Shown here one piece after another: positions 38,931 to 52,120 of a stretch of DNA of 61,606 bases. Position 1 is the first letter of the stretch. Every line of letters begins with the position of its first letter. The notes under the pieces are model-generated. The model was not told where the DNA came from and did not search any database. It worked only from the letters and a program-made list of their open reading frames with translations. Source of the DNA: Octopus bimaculoides (Eukaryota); contig NC_068983.1 in NCBI RefSeq assembly GCF_001194135.2, positions 129,424,400-129,486,005 on the forward strand, in the 5' to 3' direction. The position numbers were made by a program, and so were the translations under genes.

Positions 38931-41045
38931 ACTTAAATAAAGTGTTCGTTATAATATTTTGTGCATTGCACTACCGTATCCATCTCTCGTCTTGCTTATG
39001 TAAATACGGGATTGAAATCCTATTTGGATAGACACCAACAATATATACGTTTGTATGTAGAATTTTTCTGTGTCTGCATATATGTTAATCTGTCTGTACG
39101 TATGAGATAATGTTGTAAATGCTAATATGCGCGAACCATTGTTTGATATAGTTATAATAATAAAGATTTTCTTTAATGTACACAGTAATAGTAGTACAAA
39201 TTCCTTATATACAGGAGATATATTCAGAAAATTATTTGATCTTTATATGTTAACTGGAATATAGAAACTCAAAGAGCTTGTTTCTTCCTCGGTAACTAAT
39301 TATCTTTAATGTACTCCAGTAAGTAATGTTTCGATTCGTCAAATACTTGAAAGAAAATAGTAGGTTCACATGATCAATTAGAAAGTGATATTTCGACGAG
39401 AAAAAAGAAACAACAAATGTGAAACACGAAATGTCTTTTACTTGGAGAAAGATAGCAATAAATCAGCGTAGGTTGAGACCAGTTAATAAAATCCGCAAAT
39501 TCAATAAACATGTGTGCCACGGGGTGAGTGAAAATGTCTAAGTATTCAGGCATGTTCAGATTCCATAGAAGAAAGTAAAAGTGCGTAGGATAACAGTAAA
39601 TGACTTTGAATTGAAAAGAATGAAACGGTGACATAATAAAGAGATATAAAGGACGCTAAACATTTGCAAAATGATTCGGAGATTTTCCGTGCTTATGCAA
39701 GACAGCCAGTGACTGAAAACATGCAGCACATGCTATCTATCACGCACGCTCTCACACTTCCTCCCTCTTTCACTTGCTCACTCCCCGCCCCCTCTCTCTG
39801 TCTCTCTCTGAAAGGGGCAAATGTACAAATTTAAAATACATGATAGAATGTAAACAAGATGAATCAGAAAAAAGATCGATTACAGTCACTGTCATATTAA
39901 ATATTATGTAAACAATTCCATACACACAAGCTCATAAGGAGAAAAAAAGGACGCATGCGTGTGTGTGCGTGTGCGCGTGGTTACATGTGTGCGAATCTGG
40001 ATGCACATCGGGTAGTAAATTGGGTAGCGTTGTAGAGATATACAGACGCATTTATACATACGTATAAACACAGGCACACTCACGTACCGATATACGTATA
40101 TATGTACATACTTATACATATATACGAATGCGTGTAAGAAGTGTGTGAGAAGTAGATTGCATCTGGAGCACCGGCGTCATTTTCTATTGCACTTTATTAC
40201 AAAAACGTAGCATTTGGGTAAATTTTGGGGTACAATCCGCCAATGATATTAGATACAAGTGAGCAATGAATATATGTATGTAAAGTATGAAACATATATA
40301 TATGTATGAAATGTGCGTTAGCGTGTGTGTGTGTGTTCATATATATATATATATANNNNNNNNNNNNNNNNNNNNNNNNNNNNNNNNNNNNNNNNNNNNN
40401 NNNNNNNNNNNNNNNNNNNNNNNNNNNNNNNNNNNNNNNNNNNNNNNNNNNNNNNNNNNNNNNNNNNNNNNNNNNNNNNNNNNNNNNNNNNNNNNNNNNN
40501 NNNNNNNNNNNNNNNNNNNNNNNNNNNNNNNNNNNNNNNNNNNNNNNNNNNNNNNNNNNNNNNNNNNNNNNNNNNNNNNNNNNNNNNNNNNNNNNNNNNN
40601 NNNNNNNNNNNNNNNNNNNNNNNNNNNNNNNNNNNNNNNNNNNNNNNNNNNNNNNNNNNNNNNNNNNNNNNNNNNNNNNNNNNNNNNNNNNNNNNNNNNN
40701 NNNNNNNNNNNNNNNNNNNNNNNNNNNNNNNNNNNNNNNNNNNNNNNNNNNNNNNNNNNNNNNNNNNNNNNNNNNNNNNNNNNNNNNNNNNNNNNNNNNN
40801 NNNNNNNNNNNNNNNNNNNNNNNNNNNNNNNNNNNNNNNNNNNNNNNNNNNNNNNNNNNNNNNNNNNNNNNNNNNNNNNNNNNNNNNNNNNNNNNNNNNN
40901 NNNNNNNNNNNNNNNNNNNNNNNNNNNNNNNNNNNNNNNNNNNNNNNNNNNNNNNNNNNNNNNNNNNNNNNNNNNNNNNNNNNNNNNNNNNNNNNNNNNN
41001 NNNNNNATATATATATATATATATATATAGATAGATAGATAGATA

Positions 41046-42124
41046 GATATATATATAATCTCCATTATTTTCTACAATGATCTTCCATCTAAGTGAGAGA
41101 CGTAGAAGGCCCCGCTTCCCAATTCTGCGTGTCCATGACGAAAAGTACTCCTCCAGTACTGTTCTATCTCGTCTACAGAGTTCATATTGTTTTCCGTCCA
41201 AGTAATTTTGAAGACTGCGGAATTCATCGTAAGCAGATGGGAAAATATCCAGCGCATATGTTGAATGTGGTATCGTTTTCCATTAAGACTGCTCCAGCCT
41301 TTGGAATGTCATCCTCACTCTATATGGCCCAGCTTTATCCTAATGGAAGAACATCTTTCGTCTTGAAACCAAAGATAATCGTTAATCTTCGAGCGCTGAC
41401 TTAAGGCACACATGTACTCACAGTAGATCTCCTTTGCTATCGTTTGGTTTGGGTTTAAAAATTCAAAGTAGACTATACTTTACATATCAGTGTTTCAACT
41501 TTACCTACCCACTGTCTTCAGCGCCTGACATTTTTATAGATAACCAATTTCTCGCCACCAGTCAATATTCGGCCGCAAAAATCTTCATTGGTGAGAGATG
41601 ACAGCAAAGAAAACCACGCATTCACTCTCTGCGAATGATTAGGCTCGGCTACTTTTAACTAATTTGTTGAATTTTCCTATGGCACGCTGGTCTCGATGAA
41701 TGTTTAAATGACGAGATCCAAGCTTTTGCTAGTTCCTCGACAGTTACGATAGAATTTTGTTCCTTTAGGATTTGCAGGACGTCCTCATTGGACTGTACAG
41801 GCCTTCCAGGACGAGGCTCGTCTTCTAGGCTGTAGTTCCTGGCTGGGAATTTCTGGAACTACCGTTGACACGGGTTTACACATATTGTTCGATCCCCATA
41901 TACTTCATTAATACTCCTGGTACTTTCCGTTGTGTTGTTGCCTTTATTGAACTCATTAAGCAAAATATGCCGATTATGTTCTTTTGTCACTGGTATAATA
42001 ACTTTCAAAAAATAACTGTTGGAATCGAACTGCTCTCTTCAAAACTTGCACAAAGCAGAAGTACAAACATTTAGTTCATGCAATTGAAAAGAAAAAAAAC
42101 CGGATTAGCTATGGGATCAGCCAA
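41046..42124 (-). mobile_element. Decayed mariner transposon with 5' TIR
   Basis: TIR TATTGGCTGATCCCATAGCTAATCCGGTTTT (minus strand, ending 42126). Fragments VTKEHNRHILLNEFNKG, NYSLEDEPRPGRPV, EFRSLQNYLDGK, RWKIIVENNGDY. The 3' end is lost in a microsatellite. Confidence 0.85.
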
Positions 42125-42600
42125 TATATAAACACAATATATGTTTTGTATGTCATTACCAACTAAAAATGGGACGATAATATGAGACAAAAGCAAGAAA
42201 AGTCGAGAAAGAAGTAGATATAAATAGTGAAAGGTTGAATTAAGTATCAAAACGGGGAAGAAATACTTATTTCCCCTCAGACCGTAAATATAAAGTTGTA
42301 AAATAGTGTTTTATGGTCTCCGGATTCTAAGAATCTAAGCCACTGTGTGGTCATCATTATAATTTATGATATAAGGAGGAAAAAATTCTTAATTCCCCAC
42401 CCACCATTTTCCTTCTTCTGGTATCTCTTTCAGGTGGTGAAATAATGCCTGAAGAATTTCAAATAGGAGAATTCCTGATATGGCAATCTAACATGTAAAA
42501 CTCTAATTTTTATTTTAAAATGAAACACGTGTGAACAAAAATTAGCAAAATATTTCCAAATTTATGTTTTGTTATATATACAGGTCTGTGTGTATGTGCG

Positions 42601-42640
<40 letters not shown>

Positions 42641-44688
42641 TGTTTGATTGCGTATGTTCGAATGTGTGTGTGAGTGTGTGTGCACATGCATACATGCTCA
42701 GATTGCTGTTTCACTTGTATACTTTCAGTCATTGGACAGCGGCTTTGCAAACGACGTATGGCACCGATATGTTTCACACAATACCTATATTATATATGTG
42801 CTTGCAACAGTGGAAATCTTGAAGGTCTGAAATATTTCCAATGATATGTGTCTATAAATTATTACAAACTATTGGAATATAACTTGTTATAATATGTGGA
42901 AAATTATAAGTTCTCTTATATAACATATATGTGTGTGTGTGCGTATATGTGTGTGTATGTGTGTGTGTGTCTGTAAATTATAATTTCGAAGAACTGTGGG
43001 ATTGAAACTAATCATTAAATATTGAAAATTTGTCAGTTAGAAAGCCAAATAAGTGTTGGGTGCCTGGAAGCTTATACCGATTCAATTCCTTTCTCACGTG
43101 TATTGATAATGAAATTAAATATTTTACCTGTAAAACATTTTCTTCTAACGATGATGAGATTTTGAAAATTGGAGTTTTGGAATGAGAGTATGCGTGCGTC
43201 TTGCGCGTCACGTTTCTCTATAATAGCCCTGTAAAGCATTTGGTCGTTCAGGAAATGCAATTGATTAATTGGTTTCCTATTCTTCTGTTGTCTGTAAAGA
43301 GCTTTCATCCTATTCAAACGATTTTTAGTAGCAAAATGATAACACAAAGCAGGAACCGTGACAAGAAGTTACCATGACAGTTTTCTTTTCTGATATTGAT
43401 GACAATTTCACACACTCACGTACTCAAAATCCCTTCCAAAAATCTTGCTGATTAAATGTCAGTCATTCTCTAACCAAGCCAGGTCTCTCAATACATTTCA
43501 GAATACTTCAGTGATTCACTTTGTCATATGCGTTCTATCCATTATTAGCCATTGACTGTTTCTTATATAAACGCTTCTACCTAAAGAAAATGGCTAATTT
43601 TGAAACCATACCATTTGGAATATAGATATTCTCCTTCTACTCACCTCTGTTCATGCGCATACGCACACGTACACGTACACGCTTCCACATTAATTTCAGA
43701 TTTTACTCTCAGAAAGTCTTCCACCCAATAAGTACTTAACACAGTGGGGCTCTTAAGAATTCAGCCTTTTCTTTTTCATTGAGACACTTTTCCCTCAATC
43801 CAGCAGATGCGAAACATACCATCATGGTCAATTCATCCACACTATCTTTCCGCATTAAATTTTGTTGATCTGTCATAATGAATACCTAGAGAGTTTATCC
43901 AAAGTGGAAATATTTAATACTTTATAATCTTATGATAGAATGTCCTCGAGAAATATGTCACTACATTTTAGTATATTCTGGTCAGGAAATATATGATATA
44001 TGGATAAAATAAACTCCTCTCGTATATATTTGGTTTTAAGCATTGATATAGTGTTTACATTTTCTGAGATCTGTATTGTATCTTGACAAATAGTGCTTAT
44101 CGTATGTTTCCTTTATTTACAATACATATATATATATATAGGGAGAGAGAAGATGAATGTACGCATTCAAATGAATGTATATAAGCAATTCATATGCGAT
44201 TCAATGACTCTCCTTTTCTGTTATAACTTTAAGAAACGTCTGATTTACATATAATTCTTCTTTAAGTGCATGAATTATGTTCAGATTTAACTTCTTTTGT
44301 ACACATCCCTATTAGACACCTAAATAATGGAAATAACTCCTTTAACAGAATCTGGCAACTGTAAATTTTGAGCATCGGTAAGTGGCTTAACTGCTGTAAT
44401 ATTTTCACCATTGATTTCGTTGCTTTTATTAATCTGTTTCAATAGTTTTGAGATAACAGGATTCGTGAAGATTACGTTCTTATACGAGTAATATCCAAAT
44501 TTAGACTCAGAATACCATTCGAACTTAGGATCTATAAATGCATTTCTAAACATAAAAGAGGCCAAGGTTGGTTGCTCTGTTATTCTCATGTTCAGAATCT
44601 TAGGTTTATTATCTCTTATGCAATGTAGTCATTTATGCAGATGTGGATCTTCATTACATACATGCATACATACATGCATATGTATGTA

Positions 44689-44813
44689 TATCTATAAAAA
44701 TATGTGACACTTATTCGGTAGCCATGATAACACCCCGAGTTTCAGATGCCGATTTTCGTAAGCTCAGAGTTTTATCATGGCTACCAAATAGGCGTCACAT
44801 ATTTTTACAGATA
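44689..44813. mobile_element. 125-bp hairpin / MITE-like element with TA ends
   Basis: AAAAATATGTGACACTTATTCGGTAGCCATGATAA is inverted as TTATCATGGCTACCAAATAGGCGTCACATATTTTT; imperfect pairing continues inward. Confidence 0.7.
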
Positions 44814-44903
44814 AATTCTTATGTTTACATAATATCGAGGTCTCTTTCTTTCTTTTGTTGTCTTTTCTATCAATACACACACACATATATATACTCATAC
44901 TAC

Positions 44904-44948
<45 letters not shown>

Positions 44949-45233
44949 NNNNNNNNNNNNNNNNNNNNNNNNNNNNNNNNNNNNNNNNNNNNNNNNNNNN
45001 NNNNNNNNNNNNNNNNNNNNNNNNNNNNNNNNNNNNNNNNNNNNNNNNNNNNNNNNNNNNNNNNNNNNNNNNNNNNNNNNNNNNNNNNNNNNNNNNNNNN
45101 NNNNNNNNNNNNNNNNNNNNNNNNNNNNNNNNNNNNNNNNNNNNNNNNNNNNNNNNNNNNNNNNNNNNNNNNNNNNNNNNNNNNNNNNNNNNNNNNNNNN
45201 NNNNNNNNNNNNNNNNNNNNNNNNNNNNNNNNN

Positions 45234-45264
<31 letters not shown>

Positions 45265-45268
<4 letters not shown>

Positions 45269-45800
45269 CAGATCACCGTTGTAGTTTCAGCCGGCTATAC
45301 TAGAGAATTCCCCTATCTGGCCGGCCCCAAGAAAAGCTAAGCTAAGAGCATTAGACTCATTGGAAGAATGCAAGCGAAAGTATACGAGAACAAGGACGAA
45401 AAAACACAATTGCAAATACAAACAAGACATTAGCAACATATAACTTTCGACTAAGGATTTAAATTAAGGAATTAAATTAAGCTAGCGTGTGTGGAAGTGA
45501 AACCTTAGAAGATGAAAATCATGTGAAGGAATATAAGAGTTGTTACATGGATGGTAGTCGAAACAAGAAAGTTCAGGCTTGACGAAACACTGGTCACGTG
45601 GAAGGAAAGGAGAGAGTTAAGGAGCAGTGTGTTTGAAGAATTAGGGAGGGACGAGGAAGAGAGAAAAAGAAAGGAAAGGGACGGAGTGAGGTAAACGAGG
45701 AGGGGACGTAATAACGAAGGGAAATCTAAGAAATATGAGAGAGGGGGAGCGAGAATTAAAACTGTGAAGAGAACGAAGAAAAAGTGAACGGGGCTAAAAG
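45265..45800 (-). mobile_element. Probable Penelope-like 3' remnant
   Basis: Pyrimidine-rich minus strand ending ...TTCCAATGAGTCTAATG...GGCTGAAACTACAACGG next to (TA)n. Resembles a recalled octopus PLE-type repeat; no ORF. Confidence 0.35.
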
Positions 45801-47966
45801 AAAGAGTAAACGTGTCTATATATCTATCTGCATATAATCAGATGTATAGTCGTTAGTAAAGTCACTGAGGCAGATCGTCAACACCAGCATTGCTAGAAAT
45901 AAGTGTCACAACAAATCTTCGTCACGTGAGAGTAGTTTCCATATGAGCGGTAGGGTAGGCAGGCACCTACAGCGAGATGTAGTCATATAATCAATGATTA
46001 CAGATTTGATAAATCTTCATCAGTGACCCAATTCTCTGTCACCGAGGGTTAAAAATTCAACTCACCTTGTCAGTCTTATAGAGAACGTATATTAGTTATT
46101 CTATTGTTTTGTTCCCACAAAGCCTCAATCTGATTATCTAATAATCATATGTCATGCTTTTCCTGTAAATTACGTGTTTGACTCATTCCCTGGGAAGCAG
46201 AGTAATACTGTTGCATATTCTATGTCATTCGTGTCATTTTATATTCTTTACCAGTCGTGAGAAACGAAACATTTTAATTTCAGATGCTATATTTCTATAT
46301 TTAGACAAAGGTTACATAAGCATAGAAATCAGAACCTAAATCTGATGGAAATTTTGTTAATTTTCATGAATACGAGTGCCGGAACTAAGCCGAATATTTG
46401 TTATATTAGCATGCACTTTCAATGGCAATAATTCCGTGAAAAGCTCTCTTATATTTGGCTATTATTTGCTAGGGAAGTTTATGTACTAATGTCTTTTGAA
46501 AGAATTTATTAGCATCGGTATATTTATTATATCGTTGGCAGTTTAATATATTTTATATATCTTTCCTGTTAGAGTTTCCTCATTGTGGACGGTGCTTATT
46601 GTAGGTTATTCTTATAATTGTCCTTAATTGCCATTTCTTGAGTGGTAATCTGATATATAAACCTGCCTGTTTCAATGGGAAAAACAAAATCTTGGCATTA
46701 TTTCTGTTGTATAATGTCTTCCATTGGATCATAATTAGATAAATCCCTTCTAGTTCAAATTAAGTAGCTAGAAAAATATAATTGTTCTATACATCAGTAG
46801 CTCCACATATTATTCAGCATTCATATACATTATTCTGCTTTGATATAGTTTATAAATGTTTCTCACAGTAAATCTTGCAGAACAAAGAAAAGAGTTTCTT
46901 CGCATTCTTCTTCGTGTCCAAGATTTTAAATCTGTCATGAATGTCATTATTGTTAAAACTATCTTATATTCACCAACGTTAGGTATCGTTACGCAAAATA
47001 TTTTTTTGCTCTTTTCTAAGCCTGACATAACACGTTGGTGCTTTTGTGGTTTATGCTGTTCTTATTGATAGTACATATACATTTTTGAAAGAAAGATTAT
47101 TTTATCTCTCTTAGATTCTTTACACATATGTTCACTAGTACAACTTAAGAATTTCTTTAAGAGACGAATTAATTGATATCCATTTGTAATAACAAATTTA
47201 TTTATTAGAATGTGTAATACGAGATATATCTGGGACAAATATATCAATTCAGAATATGATTGTATGTTTTACATACAAAATTCATTTACTTTTCTTCACG
47301 TTTTTATTTCACTGAGTAATGGGAATATTTACCACGCATAATTTCTGCTTCTTCTTTTGTTTTGGGGCTATTTTTAGATTTTCAGAAAATTATTAGAACT
47401 CAGCTTCTGTTAAAATTCCATCCTAAAATGTTCTTTCATATGTGTATACTTCAAATTATGTATTCTATTAATAACTCAATATTTTGCCTTCTGCATTTTA
47501 CCTGCATATCTCTTTGTTTTTTTTTTCTAGAATATACAGATAAATTCTTATAAATTTTGCGCTCCACAAGATGACATGACTAAAATGTTTGATGAAATTC
47601 GCAATTCATTTAACAAACAAAAATTATGATTTTACAAATGAGGAAATTATAGGCTTTATGAGAAATGTCACGTTCTGATGATGAATTCGCGAAATAAAAT
47701 ATGCTCAAGAATGCGTAAAATTTATTTTTATGCCCAAAAGACATTACTGCTAGCGTATTCACTTCGAAACCGCCAGGTCCCAAATTCGTTCCAAACGTGC
47801 ACGGTATATATGATGTTCTTCTTTAAATGCATTCTAGTTGGAGGGAAAAAAATCTGACATGATCTATACACATCTACACACATACAATTGCACCGCTATG
47901 CATGCATACTTGCATACATACATACATACACACATACACACTCATACATGCATACATATATGTATA

Positions 47967-47998
<32 letters not shown>

Positions 47999-48567
47999 NN
48001 NNNNNNNNNNNNNNNNNNNNNNNNNNNNNNNNNNNNNNNNNNNNNNNNNNNNNNNNNNNNNNNNNNNNNNNNNNNNNNNNNNNNNNNNNNNNNNNNNNNN
48101 NNNNNNNNNNNNNNNNNNNNNNNNNNNNNNNNNNNNNNNNNNNNNNNNNNNNNNNNNNNNNNNNNNNNNNNNNNNNNNNNNNNNNNNNNNNNNNNNNNNN
48201 NNNNNNNNNNNNNNNNNNNNNNNNNNNNNNNNNNNNNNNNNNNNNNNNNNNNNNNNNNNNNNNNNNNNNNNNNNNNNNNNNNNNNNNNNNNNNNNNNNNN
48301 NNNNNNNNNNNNNNNNNNNNNNNNNNNNNNNNNNNNNNNNNNNNNNNNNNNNNNNNNNNNNNNNNNNNNNNNNNNNNNNNNNNNNNNNNNNNNNNNNNNN
48401 NNNNNNNNNNNNNNNNNNNNNNNNNNNNNNNNNNNNNNNNNNNNNNNNNNNNNNNNNNNNNNNNNNNNNNNNNNNNNNNNNNNNNNNNNNNNNNATATTT
48501 ATATATATATATATATATACATATACACATACACACATATATCTACTTGCATATATATATATATATA

Positions 48568-49334
48568 TAGTTTTAGGGAAATGAACCAAGTTTCAAGAAC
48601 TCACTATAAAGTTTAATCTTTTATTCTTAATAATTTTTTCATTCTTAATTTCTTCATTCATAATTTTTTCATTCATATTTTTTTTTCTACGTTTGTAGAA
48701 ATAATTATTCTTGTATTTTTCTATTATTCAATTGATTTTTAATGATAATTTAATAGACGTTATTTGTTTTAAATAGTATAGCTTCAACTATTATATCGGT
48801 TAAATATGTACTAATTCTATCTTTATTATTTTAACCTTAAACTTCGTTTAAATTGTATTTAAAACGATAATAATTTATGTAAGCTGGTCTTGTATATAAT
48901 ATACATGTTAGCATATATTATAATAGATGTAGGGATGATTATGGAATATTTATTATTTTGATATTTTGATATTTTTTATAATGTTTCTATCTTTATGAAA
49001 TAAGTATTTTATTTAAATTCATTTGGTACTTATTGTTGGTTGATATATATATTTATTTATTATAATTATTGTTCTATGTACGACCTGATGATTAGCTGTA
49101 TTTTTTAATAAAATTCATTTTCGCTAATTTCAATTAAATTTAATCGATTTAATTTCCTTTCTATTTGAAAATTAGTTATGAAACACGTGTGGTCATTTTA
49201 CTCTTTTATCTTATGATATTTACTTTGTTTTATATTATACTCATTTATTTTGCTTTTAATTATTAATTTTTCGATATGTGATAGTGGATTTTCATCGATG
49301 AGTTCTTGAAACTTGTTTATTTTCCCTAAAACTA
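48568..49334 (+). mobile_element. (TA)n-embedded PLE-like element with inverted ends and degenerate hammerhead-like core
   Basis: The 36-bp left end (48568-48603) is an inverted copy of the right end. T-rich body; GAC-CTGATGA at 49082-49091 and GAA-ACACGTGT-G-GTC at 49180-49194. The tail 49196-49334 matches the arms of 19483-19756. Confidence 0.6.
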
Positions 49335-49748
49335 CATATATATATGTGTATGCATATATATNNNNNNNNNNNNNNNNNNNNNNNNNNNNNNNNNNNNNNN
49401 NNNNNNNNNNNNNNNNNNNNNNNNNNNNNNNNNNNNNNNNNNNNNNNNNNNNNNNNNNNNNNNNNNNNNNNNNNNNNNNNNNNNNNNNNNNNNNNNNNNN
49501 NNNNNNNNNNNNNNNNNNNNNNNNNNNNNNNNNNNNNNNNNNNNNNNNNNNNNNNNNNNNNNNNNNNNNNNNNNNNNNNNNNNNNNNNNNNNNNNNNNNN
49601 NNNNNNNNNNNNNNNNNNNNNNNNNNNNNNNNTATATATATACACATATACATATATGTATGCACGTATGGATGTGTATGTGTGTATGTGTGTATGTATG
49701 TATATATGCACACATATATATATATATATATGTACAGATGCATATATA

Positions 49749-51027
49749 CACAGGCATGCAGGAAGTACACAGACAATTTTAAGTTTCAAAATTTCTGACC
49801 TAAGCGTATTAATATGTTTTCGGCGATGTAGAATTCACAATGTAATTATTCTTTTTTAATTCCAGGTGCAATTATATTAAACATTTCCGAAGAATAGCCA
49901 TACCACGCACAAAAAGTCAGCAGAACTGTCATATTTTCAAAGAGTTATATTGTAGGGCAATCTGAGGCTGGTCTTAGCTAGCGAAATATTGCCGAAAACC
50001 TTCAAATTCCTCTTGCTAACGTTAATAGAATTATAGTGCAATTCCAAAGCCATGGTAAAGAATTAACTGATTCTTGTCCCGGCCGACCTGGTCCCTTGGA
50101 TTTGAAGCTTCCGTGTTTGAAGAGAATTGTAGAAAACGAACCCCATTCGAAGGCTTCTGACATTGCAAAACTGCTAGACGTTAGTCCAAGAACGTGTGTT
50201 ACATATCTACATAAGATTGGGTATAATGGAGGAGAAGGTACAAGAAAACCTCTCCTTCAACCAATTGATATCATGTCAAGTAAGAAATGGGCTAAGGAGA
50301 TATCAGAAAAAATCCAGTTCAATTGGGAATAGAGTGATTTTCTCATATGAATCCAGATTTGCACTATTTTCAGACAGTGGACGTGTTTGTGTCTGGAGGC
50401 TTCCCAATCAAGAAATTGATTTCAAACGACTCCAACCAGCTGTGAAACATGGCATTATCCCTGTAATTGTATGGGGAGCTGTCACCAGCAATGGTCGTTC
50501 CGAGCTGATCGAATGTGTTGGAACCATAAACTCTGAAAAATGCATCGAAATACTTAAGCAAAAACTACTTCCGATGTATTTACACGATAACATAAAAAAA
50601 AAAAATGAGTTTTTATTCATGGACGATGGGGTTCTATACCGCACAACGAAAAGGAATCAAGAATGGGTGACTGAAAATGAGATAAAAAAACGTCTTTGGC
50701 CGATCTAATCTTCTGACATGAACCCAATTGAAAATCTTTGCAGCGTACTAGATAGAGCAATACGAAAAACTCGACAGAAACCTGAATATAAAAATGAATT
50801 GTTTCGGTTGTTGCGTGAAAATAGGGCAGAAATTCCAGACGAGACAATCACAAAGCGCATCAGTCCAATGCCAAAAAGAGTTTCTGAATTAAAAAATGCA
50901 AAGTATTGTCAACTAAATACTAAACTATGTAGTCATACGTAACGATTACATCTCAATTGTTCGCTTTGCGTATTAAATAAAAGATTTTGAAAATTAAAGG
51001 TGTCTATTTACTTCCTGCATGTCTGTG
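49749..51027 (+). mobile_element. Near-full-length Tc1-like DNA transposon
   Basis: TIRs CACAGGCATGCAGGAAGTACACAGAC and GTCTATTTACTTCCTGCATGTCTGTG; TA on both sides (49747-48, 51028-29); 1279 bp. Confidence 0.95.
49900..50930 (+). pseudogene. Tc1 DD34E transposase pseudogene
   Basis: HTH region ELSYFQR..YIVGQSEAGLS*RNIAENL, then GRP, RKPLL, VIFSYES (first D to Y), WGAV, FMDDG, and WPI*SSDMNPIEN with 34 residues between D and E. Contains stops and frameshifts. Confidence 0.9.
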
Positions 51028-51029
51028 TA

Positions 51030-52120
51030 GTAGGTTTTTTTCCGAAAATACCGGCCGATTTCAGAAACAATTGTATTCTGAAAAAAATAATGTTTAAATT
51101 AGTCAAAGTATGAGCCGTGAACATCTATGTCTCCCTGCCATCGATCAAGTAGATTATTTATGCCTCGTTGATAACATTTTATTGGATTTGATGCTAAGAA
51201 ATCTTTAAAGCTTGATTCCACTACTGGTTTACACCTGAAAGTTTTATAACTTAAAAACTTGTTTAAATGCCTTAAAATGGTTGTCAGTTGGTGAAAGATC
51301 ACGGGAGTATGGAGGATACGGTAAAGACTTGTATTCCGAATCTGTGAATTTCTGCAGAGTTATTCTTGAAACCTGTGGCTTTGCATTTTCGTGGAGCAGA
51401 AATGGGCCACGCCGAGTCACCAATGCAGGCCTGATTGTTTGCAAGTGTGCATGAATTTCAGAGAGTTGATTACAGAAAGCTCCCACTGTAATGATCTTAT
51501 TGACTTCCAGAAATCTGTAATGGACAACACAAATTGCAGACTACCAAACAATCACCATAATATTTTGCTGATGCAAATTGGGAGATGCTTGGTGGAGTCA
51601 TCTTGATCAAACCATTGACCGGATCGTTTACGGTTATCATGAAGGATCGACCTTTATTTTCAACGGATTATTCAGTAAAGAAAACTATCATTACTGTTTC
51701 GCAGAAAGAGCATCGAGCACACTTCAAAACGCTGAAGATTTTGATTTTCATTGCGTTCATGCAGTACACATTTATCGAGCTTATTCACCTTACCAATATT
51801 CTACAGATTCCATGAGACCGTTGCATCAAGAATCTGAGACATTTCTCTGACACTTTGCCATGGGTTTTATTCAACAATTGCTTCAGTTGAATATTTTCAA
51901 GACTGTATGACCGTCCACTACCTTCTTCATCTTCAAAGCACTTAATCACCACTACAATATTTCTGAAACCAACTTCGTACTGTTTGATCACTTGTGGAAC
52001 ACTCTCTCCATGCTCTGTTGATAATGACAGCAGTCTTGGAGGCATAGTGCACAAGCTTGAACACTTGGAAGAAAATAAGCCAAGATCCATTTTTTTTTCA
52101 TATTCATAATCAAGAGATGA
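51030..52120 (-). mobile_element. Decayed mariner (Hsmar1-like) transposon
   Basis: Minus-strand fragments FEDEEGSGRSYSLEN, PALVTRRGPFLLHENAKPQV, LPYPPYSRDLSPTDNHF, CYQRGINNLLDRWQGDIDVHGSYFD. TIR-like end near 51030-51060. Confidence 0.85.

Noticed and set aside
800-47030. Resemblance of several candidate exon peptides to CatSper auxiliary subunits (e.g. KSWTR at ~46.9k, FL....LY and RRKC at 43.2k, W.....IYCY at 39.5k)
   Set aside because: Based only on recalled sequences. Similar-quality matches appeared on both strands and in inconsistent order, and short matches like these are expected by chance over six frames. No gene name assigned; a profile-HMM search would be needed.
47675-47700. CTGATGA...CGAAA motif
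   Set aside because: No convincing stem II, stem III palindrome or stem I.
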